Shown here: positions 50,209-60,676 of the stretch, piece by piece
Numbering within the stretch: position 1 is the stretch's first letter
Layout of the letters: the number at the start of each line of letters is the position of its first letter
Virus record (IMG/VR): IMGVR_UViG_3300042566_001512
Location: 1-64,000 of that record
Length of the DNA: 64,000 bases
Direction: 5' to 3' (one strand)
Notes under the pieces: generated by a model
Seen by the model: the letters and a program-made list of their open reading frames with translations, nothing else
Database searches by the model: none
What the model was told of the DNA's origin: nothing
Translations under genes and position numbers: made by a program

Positions 50209-50913
50209 ATGGCTAACAAGAAAAACGCTAAACCCGAAGTTAAAAAAGCAGTGGAAGTCAAGCCTAAAGGCCCTAAGGTAGACTACACTCCAAAGAACGG
50301 CAATCCCAAGAAAAACAAGATCGTCGAAAAACCGGCGGTAGTGTACTATGGGGAAAGCACGTTCACCGTAACAGAGGAAGGTGCTACATGCTCCTGGAAT
50401 GAGGCCAGTCGCCAGTTGTGTCTGCACGCTGCACAGGAGATGATTAGCGGCTACAAAGAAGCCGCCCGCCCTGCTCTCTTTAAGTTCGCTCAAAACGCTT
50501 CTCTAATTGAGAACGCTAAAGAACTGACCAATGCCGAGTATCTGTATTTCGGTGGTCAAGTTACGATGGGTAGCCACATGAAACGTCAGCGATTCTGGAA
50601 ATTCGTAGGATACATTGGAAACGGTCGAATCCCCAGTGACCTTTCTCTTTACACCGGCGATACGACGGATCACGTGACTGCGGAGAAAAGAGCAGTGGCC
50701 ATGGTTGAGATGTCCAACGACATTAAGAAAAAGGCCGCCGAAATGGTCTCTCTGGGTCAATTCAAAGAAACTGAAATGTTCAGGGTTTCTTGTTTGCTGA
50801 TTTCCTGTGTGCATTGGCCCGATTTTACCACGAACTTCGAAGCAGCGCCTCACAACTACACTCCAGAAATGAAAGGCTACAAAAGCCTTAAAGATTGGGC
50901 ATTTCGTCCATAA
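50209..50913 (+). CDS. Hypothetical protein with Lys-rich N-terminus
   Basis: 234 aa, stand-alone unit within the structural cluster. Confidence 0.7.
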   Translation: MANKKNAKPEVKKAVEVKPKGPKVDYTPKNGNPKKNKIVEKPAVVYYGESTFTVTEEGATCSWNEASRQLCLHAAQEMISGYKEAARPALFKFAQNASLIENAKELTNAEYLYFGGQVTMGSHMKRQRFWKFVGYIGNGRIPSDLSLYTGDTTDHVTAEKRAVAMVEMSNDIKKKAAEMVSLGQFKETEMFRVSCLLISCVHWPDFTTNFEAAPHNYTPEMKGYKSLKDWAFRP

Positions 50914-50925
50914 TCAATAAGACCT

Positions 50926-50957
50926 CATATACCCCCGGAATATTCCGGGGGTATATG
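50926..50957. terminator. Perfect 32-nt palindrome, CATA…TATG family
   Basis: catatacccccggaat|attccgggggtatatg. Confidence 0.8.
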
Positions 50958-50972
50958 TTGTTTATTTTTTCT

Positions 50973-53900
50973 TTAAAGTCCGTGTTTAATAAACTCTATT
51001 GTAATGTCCTCTTCTACCGTTAAACTGTTGTCAGGAAGAGCAGCAAGTCTCTTTCTTATGCTGCATCTATTTGAGTTATCGAGAACGGTGAATGTGGTAT
51101 GTGTATTGAGTCCGCCGAGGCCATAAACTTCAGCAGCAATAACGTCGTTTCCGTAAGCGGCAAGTAAACTGCTTTCCATGTTAGATACTGATACAGTTTT
51201 ACCCTGTAGACTAGAATCTATAGTTTTTGTTGTTATTTCTCTTAACGCGGATAACAGTGCACTATCGTTGTAGACGTTAGGAGAAACGAGTAATTTTACA
51301 ATGAAAGATTGACTGGCGGATATGGTCGTAACTTCGTTACTATCAGTCAACACATCTATGTCTCCGGCCGTCACCTTCGGATAAAAGTATATCTCTGTTT
51401 TGTCCAGAAGTCTTTCATTGAATGAAGGTATGTCTTCTGTAATCCACTTATTTAGAGTTTTTGCTATTATGGCTCTGTAATTGGTGGTCGAGTTAAAATC
51501 CTCAGGTATGGCAAAATAGTAAGGTGCTTCGACAGTCAAAATGTCTATCAGTCTAAGCAGGTCCCTTTCGTAACCTGGCACTATGGACGGGTTACCGTCT
51601 TCGTCGTATATAACTTCGCCTTTTCTATGTTCGTATACCGGGTCACCGTTTGTATCCAGTATAGGGTCGCCTCGTTTGTGAAGAATATTGTAAACTAAAT
51701 TTCCTTGATCGTCCACCGTAAACGCGGCACCTGTTAACGGGTCCACTTCATAGACGTCTGCTTTGTAATAAGCCGGAATATCGGTTAGGTACACTTGATA
51801 AGGGGCGGCGTTTATGTTGCTTCTAGATAGAGACCATAATCCCTTTAGTCTATAGCCGAACGTTACATTCAATCTCTCGTTGGATATTGCGTATGCACTC
51901 TCAGGTAGGCCAAAGGTTTTTATCTCGTCGTCTAGAGGTGAATAAGTCCAAGTATTTGAAACTTGCGCAGTGGTGCAAAAGTAAATATCGCAATCTAGAT
52001 TTAAAGATCCTTTAATGTCTACTGCTGATTCCGATCCACTGGTATTAGTAAACACCATTTTATCATCAAGATCGATATCGTAGTTTGTATTCAGTTCAAA
52101 AGAGTATAGTCTTTCGTTTGAACTGGTTTTTCCTTTTAGGCTTCCTATCAAATAAACTTTTTGAGTTTGGTTATGAGGCTTGAAAGCCAATCTAACGTGC
52201 ACATTTGAATCATCCAGATTCTTAAAATCGTCTGAAGATTTTGTCACTATGTCTACAACGTACCCGGATTCGTTTTTAGATATGCTGTAGCTGGAGTCTA
52301 TTGATACCTGATAACCCGCAGAGGCGTTTTCCGAAACGAAACTTTTATTGTTTATAAATGGATTATCTATAAAGTAAGCCCTGGCTTCAAACGTTGAAAG
52401 GGTGGCGTCTAACACGTAAGTAAAAGGACTGTAATAGTAATTACCAGCAGTTACGTCTAAGCTTTTTTGCAACACCGGTAAGCTATTTAACGAATTAAAT
52501 TCTATTTCGGTTAATGGCCTAGTAATACCTTCTTTGTTCTGGTAAAGAGTTTTAGAAGTGAGAGTTACCCGCTTTCCATTGTCTCGAGCCCCATATATGT
52601 TGTCTGCCTCTTTTAGTGTCATCTGAACCCTGGACACCGTAGACGCAGCCGCAGTAAGTATGGTCTCATCGGTAGGCTTTGGTAGGGCTCTAGTGGCTAG
52701 ATATATTCGGTTAGTTATTGTGTCTACGTTCTTTGTGATTTCATAGCCTTCCTGTAAAAGCTCGTCTTCTAGTTGAACGTTTGTTATTGGTACATTAAGG
52801 GACCCTATGGTGTTTCTTATTACTTTATTTTTTAATTCAATAAAGCTGGCAGCAGAAGACCCGCCATTGACGTCGGTAGTAGAATATATTACCATTGACC
52901 TAAAGTTAGATATAGCCGTGCTATATATGTCGTCGTCGTTCTCATCCAGATTTATCCAATCCGCTTTAAAATCTTCTGCTTTATAGGTGCCTAATGAAGT
53001 GGTTAGGGAGCCTTTGGTTTGGTAGACGTCCATCCTGAGTTTACCTGTAATTTTACCAGTGGTGGTGTATACACTAGGTATAGTTACCTGAACAGTATTC
53101 TCCAAAACTTTAACTACCGCAGTCACGGTAAACGGATCATATACCTGCGACGTGTGTACTACTTTTATTTCAGTGTATGTGTTGTCGTTATTTTGAACAA
53201 AGCAACGAAGATGATAAAAAGAGTCGGTTAGTGGAATTTCTGTTGTAAGTCCAGACACCGCACTAACGTCGTTAGTTCTTTGCTCAACAAAGAACTGATC
53301 TACTTCTAACTCTATTTGAATGTAGGAAGCGCCGTCTGAGCTTCTAAGCTCTAAAACCTCTATTGTGTTAGTTGTTAGAGTTTTTAATGGAGATACTTTA
53401 TCGACAACGTAAGACGCCTGAAGACCTCCGTGTGCAGGTTGCCTAATATCAACAGGGTACTGTAGACTAAACGGAATATCTGAAGCGTAAAATACAGTGT
53501 TTCTAGGTATTCTAATTTTTTTGATGCCGGTACTTGAATCCAGAATCATTCTGCTCAAAAGCTCAGTTTTGTTCAGCAGTAGTTTAAAAGTAGCCTTGCT
53601 AGGAGTTGCGTGCTGGCCGATGTGGTCTTTATCGCTCATGTGCAAATAGAGATCGTCCATTGTTACGGCTGCCGCACTATAGAGCCTTCTAGTGGTGGCT
53701 TCGTTTTGAATCATGAAAGCAGCTGTATTTACTGCAGTAGCTTCCATGCAGTAAACGAAAGGATTTGTAGCATCTACTATATCGATGTTGCCGTCGTAAA
53801 TGTTTCTTAGTACGTCCAAACCCACTCGCTGTATAGCAGGCGGGTTAAACTTATACGTTTCCAGTTTATCTAAGTAGTCTGTTATTTTAACGTCTGCCAT
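50973..53900 (-). CDS. Large virion/baseplate wedge protein (phiKZ gp87-like)
   Basis: 975 aa; DATNPF, DLYLHMSD, DTITNRIYLATR; synteny. Confidence 0.7.
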   Translation of the reverse strand: MADVKITDYLDKLETYKFNPPAIQRVGLDVLRNIYDGNIDIVDATNPFVYCMEATAVNTAAFMIQNEATTRRLYSAAAVTMDDLYLHMSDKDHIGQHATPSKATFKLLLNKTELLSRMILDSSTGIKKIRIPRNTVFYASDIPFSLQYPVDIRQPAHGGLQASYVVDKVSPLKTLTTNTIEVLELRSSDGASYIQIELEVDQFFVEQRTNDVSAVSGLTTEIPLTDSFYHLRCFVQNNDNTYTEIKVVHTSQVYDPFTVTAVVKVLENTVQVTIPSVYTTTGKITGKLRMDVYQTKGSLTTSLGTYKAEDFKADWINLDENDDDIYSTAISNFRSMVIYSTTDVNGGSSAASFIELKNKVIRNTIGSLNVPITNVQLEDELLQEGYEITKNVDTITNRIYLATRALPKPTDETILTAAASTVSRVQMTLKEADNIYGARDNGKRVTLTSKTLYQNKEGITRPLTEIEFNSLNSLPVLQKSLDVTAGNYYYSPFTYVLDATLSTFEARAYFIDNPFINNKSFVSENASAGYQVSIDSSYSISKNESGYVVDIVTKSSDDFKNLDDSNVHVRLAFKPHNQTQKVYLIGSLKGKTSSNERLYSFELNTNYDIDLDDKMVFTNTSGSESAVDIKGSLNLDCDIYFCTTAQVSNTWTYSPLDDEIKTFGLPESAYAISNERLNVTFGYRLKGLWSLSRSNINAAPYQVYLTDIPAYYKADVYEVDPLTGAAFTVDDQGNLVYNILHKRGDPILDTNGDPVYEHRKGEVIYDEDGNPSIVPGYERDLLRLIDILTVEAPYYFAIPEDFNSTTNYRAIIAKTLNKWITEDIPSFNERLLDKTEIYFYPKVTAGDIDVLTDSNEVTTISASQSFIVKLLVSPNVYNDSALLSALREITTKTIDSSLQGKTVSVSNMESSLLAAYGNDVIAAEVYGLGGLNTHTTFTVLDNSNRCSIRKRLAALPDNSLTVEEDITIEFIKHGL

Positions 53901-53927
53901 GATTTTTTAAATTTCTCTATTGTTCGG

Positions 53928-54992
53928 TTACGGTTGTGCGGTAGCCTGAGCAAGGGCCGCTGCGTGTCTATTGTAAGCTAGTTTTACTCTATTGTAATCG
54001 CCAATTGGTACATACCACTGAAGTTCTTTTGTATTTGGATCTATCCTAGGATACCCCAAATTGTTAAAGAATTGAAGCTCACTAATATGTACTTTAGCCA
54101 TTTCTTTGTTCTTTGACATGTCCGGGCTTCTCATTTGAGGGTTAAATATTCCCACCACTTTATTAAAGTCGTGTACAACTATTTCATCCATGTACCTCGC
54201 GCCCAATGACTTAAATTGTATAGTTATTTCTTTATTAGCCATGTTAAGTGGCGCGTCTGTTTCAAAGTTAAAAGAATTTCCTATAGGCACATTAATAGGA
54301 AAAGACGCTCCGGTGCAAGCGATCTTTTGTACGTACTGCTTAGTGTGATCTAGGACTAGTCTATAAATCCTAGTATTGTAGTCTATTTCATTTTGAACCA
54401 GAAAATCCGGGTAGGGCAATAATTTACCCTCAAAAACCGCCGCTTGATAAAACTGCCAAATAAGCATCAGTAACATAATAGGGTCCCCTGGCATGCTTCT
54501 GAACGTCGCGGAGATATCGTATGTCGTGTAGTTCTTAAACACGCCATCCGTTTGAGCATACACTTCTCTGTATGCGCCAGGCTGACTAGTATATGTATCA
54601 AGTAATACGTCTTGCCAGCCAGTGCAGGAGATACAGTGGTTTGTCAGTAAAGACATAAAAGCATTTTTGTTGTCCACGAAAGGAGATACTAGTGCCTGAT
54701 CGCTTGCGCCCAATCTAGGATCTAGATACATGCGAATTATCCTCTGAATACTGGCATCTTGTTTCGTCAACAACGGGCCGAGAAACCTTTCCGCCCTGAT
54801 GTTTTCCGTAGACAAATTCAGTTGAGGTCTAGTAAAAAACACTAAGCCATAATTGTCTTTGTTATATGGAATGGGGGTGGGGGTTTGTCTGTGATTTATG
54901 CCGTAAAAAACAGACCCCATTGCGTTGTCCAAACCACCTATCGGACCGTTGCGCAATACGTCCTCTACAGTTGTGTTTATTCTTTGAGCCAT
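53928..54992 (-). CDS. Virion structural protein (phiKZ gp88-like)
   Basis: FFTRPQLNL, IDYNTRIYRL; synteny. Confidence 0.65.
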   Translation of the reverse strand: MAQRINTTVEDVLRNGPIGGLDNAMGSVFYGINHRQTPTPIPYNKDNYGLVFFTRPQLNLSTENIRAERFLGPLLTKQDASIQRIIRMYLDPRLGASDQALVSPFVDNKNAFMSLLTNHCISCTGWQDVLLDTYTSQPGAYREVYAQTDGVFKNYTTYDISATFRSMPGDPIMLLMLIWQFYQAAVFEGKLLPYPDFLVQNEIDYNTRIYRLVLDHTKQYVQKIACTGASFPINVPIGNSFNFETDAPLNMANKEITIQFKSLGARYMDEIVVHDFNKVVGIFNPQMRSPDMSKNKEMAKVHISELQFFNNLGYPRIDPNTKELQWYVPIGDYNRVKLAYNRHAAALAQATAQP

Positions 54993-55029
54993 ACTGCCTT
55001 CTTTCAATCTTTTATAAGGAAAATTAAAA

Positions 55030-56127
55030 ATGGTTTCAACTTCAGTTCAAGTCGCGCATGCCGTAAAGGATACGGTCAGCGCAATCGCTCAGTTTAAGTC
55101 CATTGTGGATGGGTTGAGTTCCGAGAATTCTTTGGTGGGCGCCACCTCGATTGCTCGGGTTGAGCCTCTGTGCATAGTCGATTCCGACGTGGTGAACCTA
55201 GAGTACCTTCCAGACACTCTAAACGTTCTTCAAAACATTTTCTCTGGCTACTATTTACAAGCACTACAACTGATGACCAATTTGGGTTCGGTTAGCGTGT
55301 CAAAGACGCTTGGTAGACTAAACCCGGGCCGTAGTGGCGGGTTTGAGTCATACGGTAATTACGTGGCACCTAACCTTGGCATGGAGTCTTACAAGTACAA
55401 ACTCCCTAGCTACGTAGGGATGGAGAGCGGCGATAAAGACGGATCGAAATCTGGGCAATTCAACGAATTGAGCAAAAGCGTCTACGGTGAGTCTAGCTTG
55501 GTTACAGGTAAAATGTACAACGTAACCATTAAAGACGGTAACAACGAAGCCACCGTTCCCGTCGGAATTAAACTTCTAGTAAATACGATACCCACCAGTG
55601 TGATGGTCAGCCTTATGGGGCTTCAAAGCCGTCTAGATTATGACTTCGTTGAAAGATTTCATTCCTGGAGATCTGGCCGTATTCAGTTCGTAAGAGATCT
55701 GATCCTTTGTAAGGATCTAATAGACAAGCACCGTAATACGCTAATAAAGGACCCAACTGGTGTATATTCCGAAATAATAAATCGTCAGAATAAGAATATT
55801 AAGTCAGGCCTGTTAAACAACACTCCTTCTTTAGCAACTTCGTCTAATCTTGCCATAATCTCCAGTGAGACGGCAGAACTGATTGAGCAAAAGCTTGACG
55901 GTAGTCTAGACAATTTCAAAACTAGACATCCTATTTTTCAGACTACTAACCTGATGATACTGGTGGTCATAGATAAAAGCTGGGAGCAGATCACATTTTA
56001 TCACCGAGGAATTAACGCGTTTAGCAAAGTGTCCGTTAAGGACCTAAAGGCTTCTAGTAAGAAAGACGGCGGAGACGTGAATGCCATTCTAAAGGCATTC
56101 ATCGAAGGAAAAGCCCCTACCATTTAA
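55030..56127 (+). CDS. Head/inner-body protein (phiKZ gp89-like)
   Basis: ARVEPLC, FSGYYLQA, GFES/GMES cleavage sites, SGRIQFVRDLI. Confidence 0.72.
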   Translation: MVSTSVQVAHAVKDTVSAIAQFKSIVDGLSSENSLVGATSIARVEPLCIVDSDVVNLEYLPDTLNVLQNIFSGYYLQALQLMTNLGSVSVSKTLGRLNPGRSGGFESYGNYVAPNLGMESYKYKLPSYVGMESGDKDGSKSGQFNELSKSVYGESSLVTGKMYNVTIKDGNNEATVPVGIKLLVNTIPTSVMVSLMGLQSRLDYDFVERFHSWRSGRIQFVRDLILCKDLIDKHRNTLIKDPTGVYSEIINRQNKNIKSGLLNNTPSLATSSNLAIISSETAELIEQKLDGSLDNFKTRHPIFQTTNLMILVVIDKSWEQITFYHRGINAFSKVSVKDLKASSKKDGGDVNAILKAFIEGKAPTI

Positions 56128-56152
56128 TAACAAAACAGAAAGAGGCGTTATC

Positions 56153-57052
56153 GTGAATCTTTACAATTTTGTAAAATCTTTATTTCCAACTTTTAAGCGA
56201 GACGAGCTGTTGGACGGAGTAGTTGCCATAAGAAAAAGCATTATGGAGCACTCTGTACAGGCTTACAGAAGCGCAGACCAAGTCTGGGGTAGCACTGAGC
56301 TTATAAGTAAGCAAGCAAAGGCAATGGAGAAGACTTACAAACTGGAAGTCGGTCTTCCTGGTCGTCAAAGTATGATCTCCAGTATTTACGCAGCAATGAG
56401 TAATGCTTTAAATGTACTGGACATGGTGGTTGAAAAAGGAAAAGTGGTATACGGAAACAACGAGGCCAGCATGGGCCTCACTTTCCAAAAAGCAACTATA
56501 CTTCGCCTGGTGACCGTTGCCGAGTTTGCTAACAAATATAGTTTAGATCTGTTAAACTACATATACGTGGTCGAAGCTCAAGCCACCAAGGGTGGCGAGG
56601 GTATCGACATGGTGTCCAAGGCGGAAGAGGACATTTTAGTTAGCCAGTTTCAAGACTTCTGTACCGCTATAAACGTTTTAAAGGTAAACGTAGATTCCTT
56701 GGAAAAGGCACTAAACGATCTTCCCGATGCGGTAGTTAGCGAACTTACAGAAAACACTTTTGTTGCTACTATAGGTTCTAAGAAAATAGATCCGCTAAAC
56801 ATCAGAAATTTTAGCGTTAAACAAAACCCATTCTACGTACTTGGCATGATGATTGCCGAGAAACAAGAAAAAAAATATAAAGCGAAAAAGGAAACAGTGG
56901 AGCTATTGCAGCTTCGACTGATGCACCTTAGAAAACTTCGTGACAAAACACAGGACGCCTCTCTTGACAAAGAGATAAACTATTACCAGGACCGCGTAAC
57001 CAGTTTAAACCACGAACTTGAAAAGCTCAACAAAGACTATGGACTCCAGTAA
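56153..57052 (+). CDS. Head/inner-body protein (phiKZ gp90-like)
   Basis: 299 aa, NPFY and C-terminal coiled coil; synteny. Confidence 0.65.
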   Translation: MNLYNFVKSLFPTFKRDELLDGVVAIRKSIMEHSVQAYRSADQVWGSTELISKQAKAMEKTYKLEVGLPGRQSMISSIYAAMSNALNVLDMVVEKGKVVYGNNEASMGLTFQKATILRLVTVAEFANKYSLDLLNYIYVVEAQATKGGEGIDMVSKAEEDILVSQFQDFCTAINVLKVNVDSLEKALNDLPDAVVSELTENTFVATIGSKKIDPLNIRNFSVKQNPFYVLGMMIAEKQEKKYKAKKETVELLQLRLMHLRKLRDKTQDASLDKEINYYQDRVTSLNHELEKLNKDYGLQ

Positions 57053-57650
57053 CACACTCTTGAAAATCTATCCCAGTGGTTTTCTGGGCTCGGCCAGTTT
57101 GATTCAAACAGAACCAATTGACATGATTGTCAATGTTAAGAATCTGCTAAATCTGAACAGAGTAAATAAAGCCACCCCTTACACGGCGAGTCAAGAAATT
57201 GTACTAATGTGGGAAGAGGCCCTTGTTAACAATAAAGACTTTAAGAGCTTTGAATACAAGGAAAAAATACTTGTAATTGCGATGAAGGCCTTCGGTACCA
57301 GGGTATTTAAGCACTGGGTAGACGCTCAGGTGGACAATCCTTTATCCGGCGACACGCACTATAGATGGATAGACGAGACCTTAAATTACGTAATAGAAGG
57401 AACTCCTCGTTCTTTTCAATATAACACATGGTTAACTGTCCTAAGTGCAGCTAGGCCGGACACGGAAGCTAAGGGATATAGTAAAGTAATGCATAATTAC
57501 TTTGGTGCGGGTCGTCCTTCTATATTGATGAGCACCGATAAAAACCCCAGGATAATGTCTACCGTCGATTTCATTAGAGCCTGGGTCTCCAGAGAAAATG
57601 GAATAGAGGACTTGACTGCGTCACTTAACGTTTTGTTTGGTAAAAGGTAA
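57039..57650 (+). CDS. Putative virion protein (phiKZ gp91-like)
   Basis: LKIYPSGF; synteny. Confidence 0.6.
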   Translation: MDSSNTLLKIYPSGFLGSASLIQTEPIDMIVNVKNLLNLNRVNKATPYTASQEIVLMWEEALVNNKDFKSFEYKEKILVIAMKAFGTRVFKHWVDAQVDNPLSGDTHYRWIDETLNYVIEGTPRSFQYNTWLTVLSAARPDTEAKGYSKVMHNYFGAGRPSILMSTDKNPRIMSTVDFIRAWVSRENGIEDLTASLNVLFGKR

Positions 57651-57656
57651 TTGGAC

Positions 57657-59108
57657 ATGACTCAAGACGATGCTTTTATTAATCCAGAATTAGAGTTGCA
57701 AATACACCAGTCTAACATCGCGGCAGGCGCTAGCTACGACGCGGTGCAGCTGCAGCAGAGCATCGACCGCACCGACGGCTTGCTTGAGTGTATTAAAACA
57801 GATACTGAGGCGGCCGCATCACTGGAGGCCATGGGTAAATTCATAAAGGACAAGAAAGTGGATAAAACATCTGCTATTTTGTTCAACATTGCAAGTGAGA
57901 GTTACGGTAATCTTCATACCCTAAACTCCCCAAAAATAACTTTTGCTCTTGAAGATTTTAAAATCGAAGATCATCTATCACAGAGGCAAGTCGATGCCGC
58001 GATTGAGAACTTAAAAATAAACTCACAAGAAATTATTGCCAGAATAAACTCGCGCATAAACGAAACAATGGTATCTTTAGGTGACATTGTTCATGGTTTT
58101 GATAAAAACCTACTAAACGTAAAGAAAAGGGTTTCTTTTTTAGAAAATCTTTTAGAGGAAATAAAAAATAAAGAGGACCTGGCTTATAATTACGTAAAAC
58201 CTGAAAACGAGTACACTTACCTAATGTATACGCAGGAAGGCTTTGCCAATGGAATGGGTCCTGTGATTGATGACATAGATTGGCTTTTGTCCGAGCACGC
58301 GGATATGGTTGGAGATTCCATCGGTATATACAAGCAATGGTTTAATGATCATAAAAAAGATATGACCAACCCTGCGGTCATCAATGGCCTGGAGTTTGAT
58401 AAAAAATATTTCATTATTTCGGGATCCACTGTATTTAACAAAAGTGTAGGGGATAGACTGCCATCTAAAGGAAATTCTTTTTATAGAACTAAAGAAATCC
58501 CCGGCGGCAAATGCTTATATTGCGAGGTCAGAACCGAGAATCAGCACGGCACCCAGGCAATCGACGCTTTGTTAGATGTTAAATATTTTATGGACTATTT
58601 CCAGCCCGACTCTTTCAATATTACAAAAAAACGTCTGTATGGGGCTGCAGCCCTAGGTACTTTAGCGTGGGCGTCTTTAATGGTGGCGAGCCCCCTACCT
58701 ATTGCACTGTATGGCCTAGCCGCAATGAAAATATCAGACAGTACCAAAACTGTAGATATTAAAAAGGTAAGAATAACGCCAGATACGGTCTTCCCTGTTC
58801 TCGATAAGGATCAGCTACAGGGACTTGTATTGGATCTAAAGAAAATCATAATTACCCTAGAGAAATGGAACAAAGCCGTCTACCTTAACGTTTGGAAAGA
58901 CAGGTCCATTCAAGAAGCTCTAAGGGAGCTATCGAACATCAAGAAAGAAGATAATCAAGATCTTAATGGTCTTGATAACATCAGACATCTTGCCATAGCC
59001 ATAATCTCCCTAATGGGTAAATCGTATACAAAAGTACACTCACACTCTTTCCACGTAATAAACGCGGCTCTAAGTTACGCAGAAAAGTCAGCAAGGCAGT
59101 ACAAATAA
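57657..59108 (+). CDS. Head protein with propeptide and TM-like segment
   Basis: SLE/ASE/ALE/AIE sites; hydrophobic LYGAAALGTLAWASLMVASPLPIALYGLAAM. Confidence 0.6.
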   Translation: MTQDDAFINPELELQIHQSNIAAGASYDAVQLQQSIDRTDGLLECIKTDTEAAASLEAMGKFIKDKKVDKTSAILFNIASESYGNLHTLNSPKITFALEDFKIEDHLSQRQVDAAIENLKINSQEIIARINSRINETMVSLGDIVHGFDKNLLNVKKRVSFLENLLEEIKNKEDLAYNYVKPENEYTYLMYTQEGFANGMGPVIDDIDWLLSEHADMVGDSIGIYKQWFNDHKKDMTNPAVINGLEFDKKYFIISGSTVFNKSVGDRLPSKGNSFYRTKEIPGGKCLYCEVRTENQHGTQAIDALLDVKYFMDYFQPDSFNITKKRLYGAAALGTLAWASLMVASPLPIALYGLAAMKISDSTKTVDIKKVRITPDTVFPVLDKDQLQGLVLDLKKIIITLEKWNKAVYLNVWKDRSIQEALRELSNIKKEDNQDLNGLDNIRHLAIAIISLMGKSYTKVHSHSFHVINAALSYAEKSARQYK

Positions 59109-59113
59109 TAAAA

Positions 59114-59156
59114 AATACTTTAGTGCGTTGACTATGTCGCGCACTAAAGTATTATG
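59114..59156 (+). terminator. Hairpin ending in TATG
   Basis: aatactttagtgcg/cgcactaaagtatt. Confidence 0.6.
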
Positions 59157-59180
59157 TTTAACAAAAAAGAAAGAAACTAA

Positions 59181-60476
59181 ATGAGAAAGCTAAACATTGC
59201 GATTTTATCAGAACAAGTCACGATACCCAGCAGCCCAGAGCAGGTCCACGTAACTTCGGGTTCTATCATCGACTATGACGCCGCCGATGAACTTGGCGAT
59301 TTGTCAATAGCAATGACGGACTTAAAATACATAGACGACGTGATAGGGCAGGCCGTAGACGCTGCACAGGAACTAATAGAAGAGGAGCAAGCGGTTGAAC
59401 AAGTAAGTCAGGATGGCGCCAGTCAAGCGGCGCTAGAGAGCCTACAACGAAACGTAAACTGTCTATTAAAACAGGTTGGATTCGAGCAAGGCGCCACGTT
59501 TGCTATCGGGGCTTACTCTAATAAAAAACACAACAAAATAGCACTAGAATCGGCAAAGGCGGAAATAAAAAGCTTCTTAATTCGTATATGGGAAGCCATT
59601 AAGGCTGCTATTAATAAAACAATGGAAATGGTAGATGCCATTTTCAAGAATATTTTTGACCTGTCTAGAAGAATAAAAAAATCAAGCGAAAGAGTCAAAG
59701 AAATCGCTTCTAGTAAAAAGGGCAAAGTGCATCTAAGTGAAACTAAAGTTGGATCGCATACTCTAGCAAAATACGCTAGATTTAATAATAAGCCGCTGCT
59801 GCCCGGCGACCTAGTGAACAACTTTGACACGTGGACTGCTCACAATTACAACTTTATTGAATCTCTGGCTGGAAAAGAATCCCTTCAGGAATACAAAAAA
59901 TTCATTGAAATGGCGGCTGTTCTTTTCAATAAACTCGGTGTCTCTCCAGAAGACGCACAGCCTCTAAAGAAAGAAACCGATTCCATGGGGGATCTCTTTC
60001 TAAAGCGATTAATAGATAATTTTGATTATCACAAAGAAGGCATACATACTACCAAGCCGTTTATTGGCGATGTGCATTATAAGTTCAGTGAAGTGGACTT
60101 GTCTTTTGAGATAGAAAAAGAAGACAAGTACGTCACCATTAAAAGTGAAGGTACGCATTTACCTTTCACGGCAGAGCAGGTTATTGAAATGTGCGAGAAA
60201 CTTAGTTCACACATGGACACTTATAATAGCATAAATAAACATTTTGACGGTCTAGACAAAATAAAAAATTCTATTAATAAAATCGCAAACGAAGTAATTG
60301 CCGAAAAGAACGACTCTTCTTTAGTAAACAGAAAATTAATAAGCTCCAGCGTGTCATTTGTAGTTAAGCTGTTTATAGACGCCATTCGTAAAGTGGGAGT
60401 TGGTGCAAGGGAGTACGATTTGCACATGTGCAATGCTATTCTGCAGTGGTGCGGTTTATCCATTAATTCACTTTAA
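59181..60476 (+). CDS. Internal head protein (phiKZ gp93 family paralogue)
   Basis: Acidic propeptide, ALES sites, IWEAIK motif. Confidence 0.72.
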   Translation: MRKLNIAILSEQVTIPSSPEQVHVTSGSIIDYDAADELGDLSIAMTDLKYIDDVIGQAVDAAQELIEEEQAVEQVSQDGASQAALESLQRNVNCLLKQVGFEQGATFAIGAYSNKKHNKIALESAKAEIKSFLIRIWEAIKAAINKTMEMVDAIFKNIFDLSRRIKKSSERVKEIASSKKGKVHLSETKVGSHTLAKYARFNNKPLLPGDLVNNFDTWTAHNYNFIESLAGKESLQEYKKFIEMAAVLFNKLGVSPEDAQPLKKETDSMGDLFLKRLIDNFDYHKEGIHTTKPFIGDVHYKFSEVDLSFEIEKEDKYVTIKSEGTHLPFTAEQVIEMCEKLSSHMDTYNSINKHFDGLDKIKNSINKIANEVIAEKNDSSLVNRKLISSSVSFVVKLFIDAIRKVGVGAREYDLHMCNAILQWCGLSINSL

Positions 60477-60676
60477 TAATCAATGAACTTGTAGGTTTTT
60501 GTTTTGTATTCATTACAGAAACTTGTGGATTTGAGTAATTTAAAATAAGCTTTTTTCAAAAATCGTGACAACAATATTGTGTAAATATTTTTAGACACAT
60601 AAGTAACCATATATTTTTTGTTGATATCCAAATTAATCTATACTTTTATCTTTAATTTTTGCACAGGAGAATGCAC

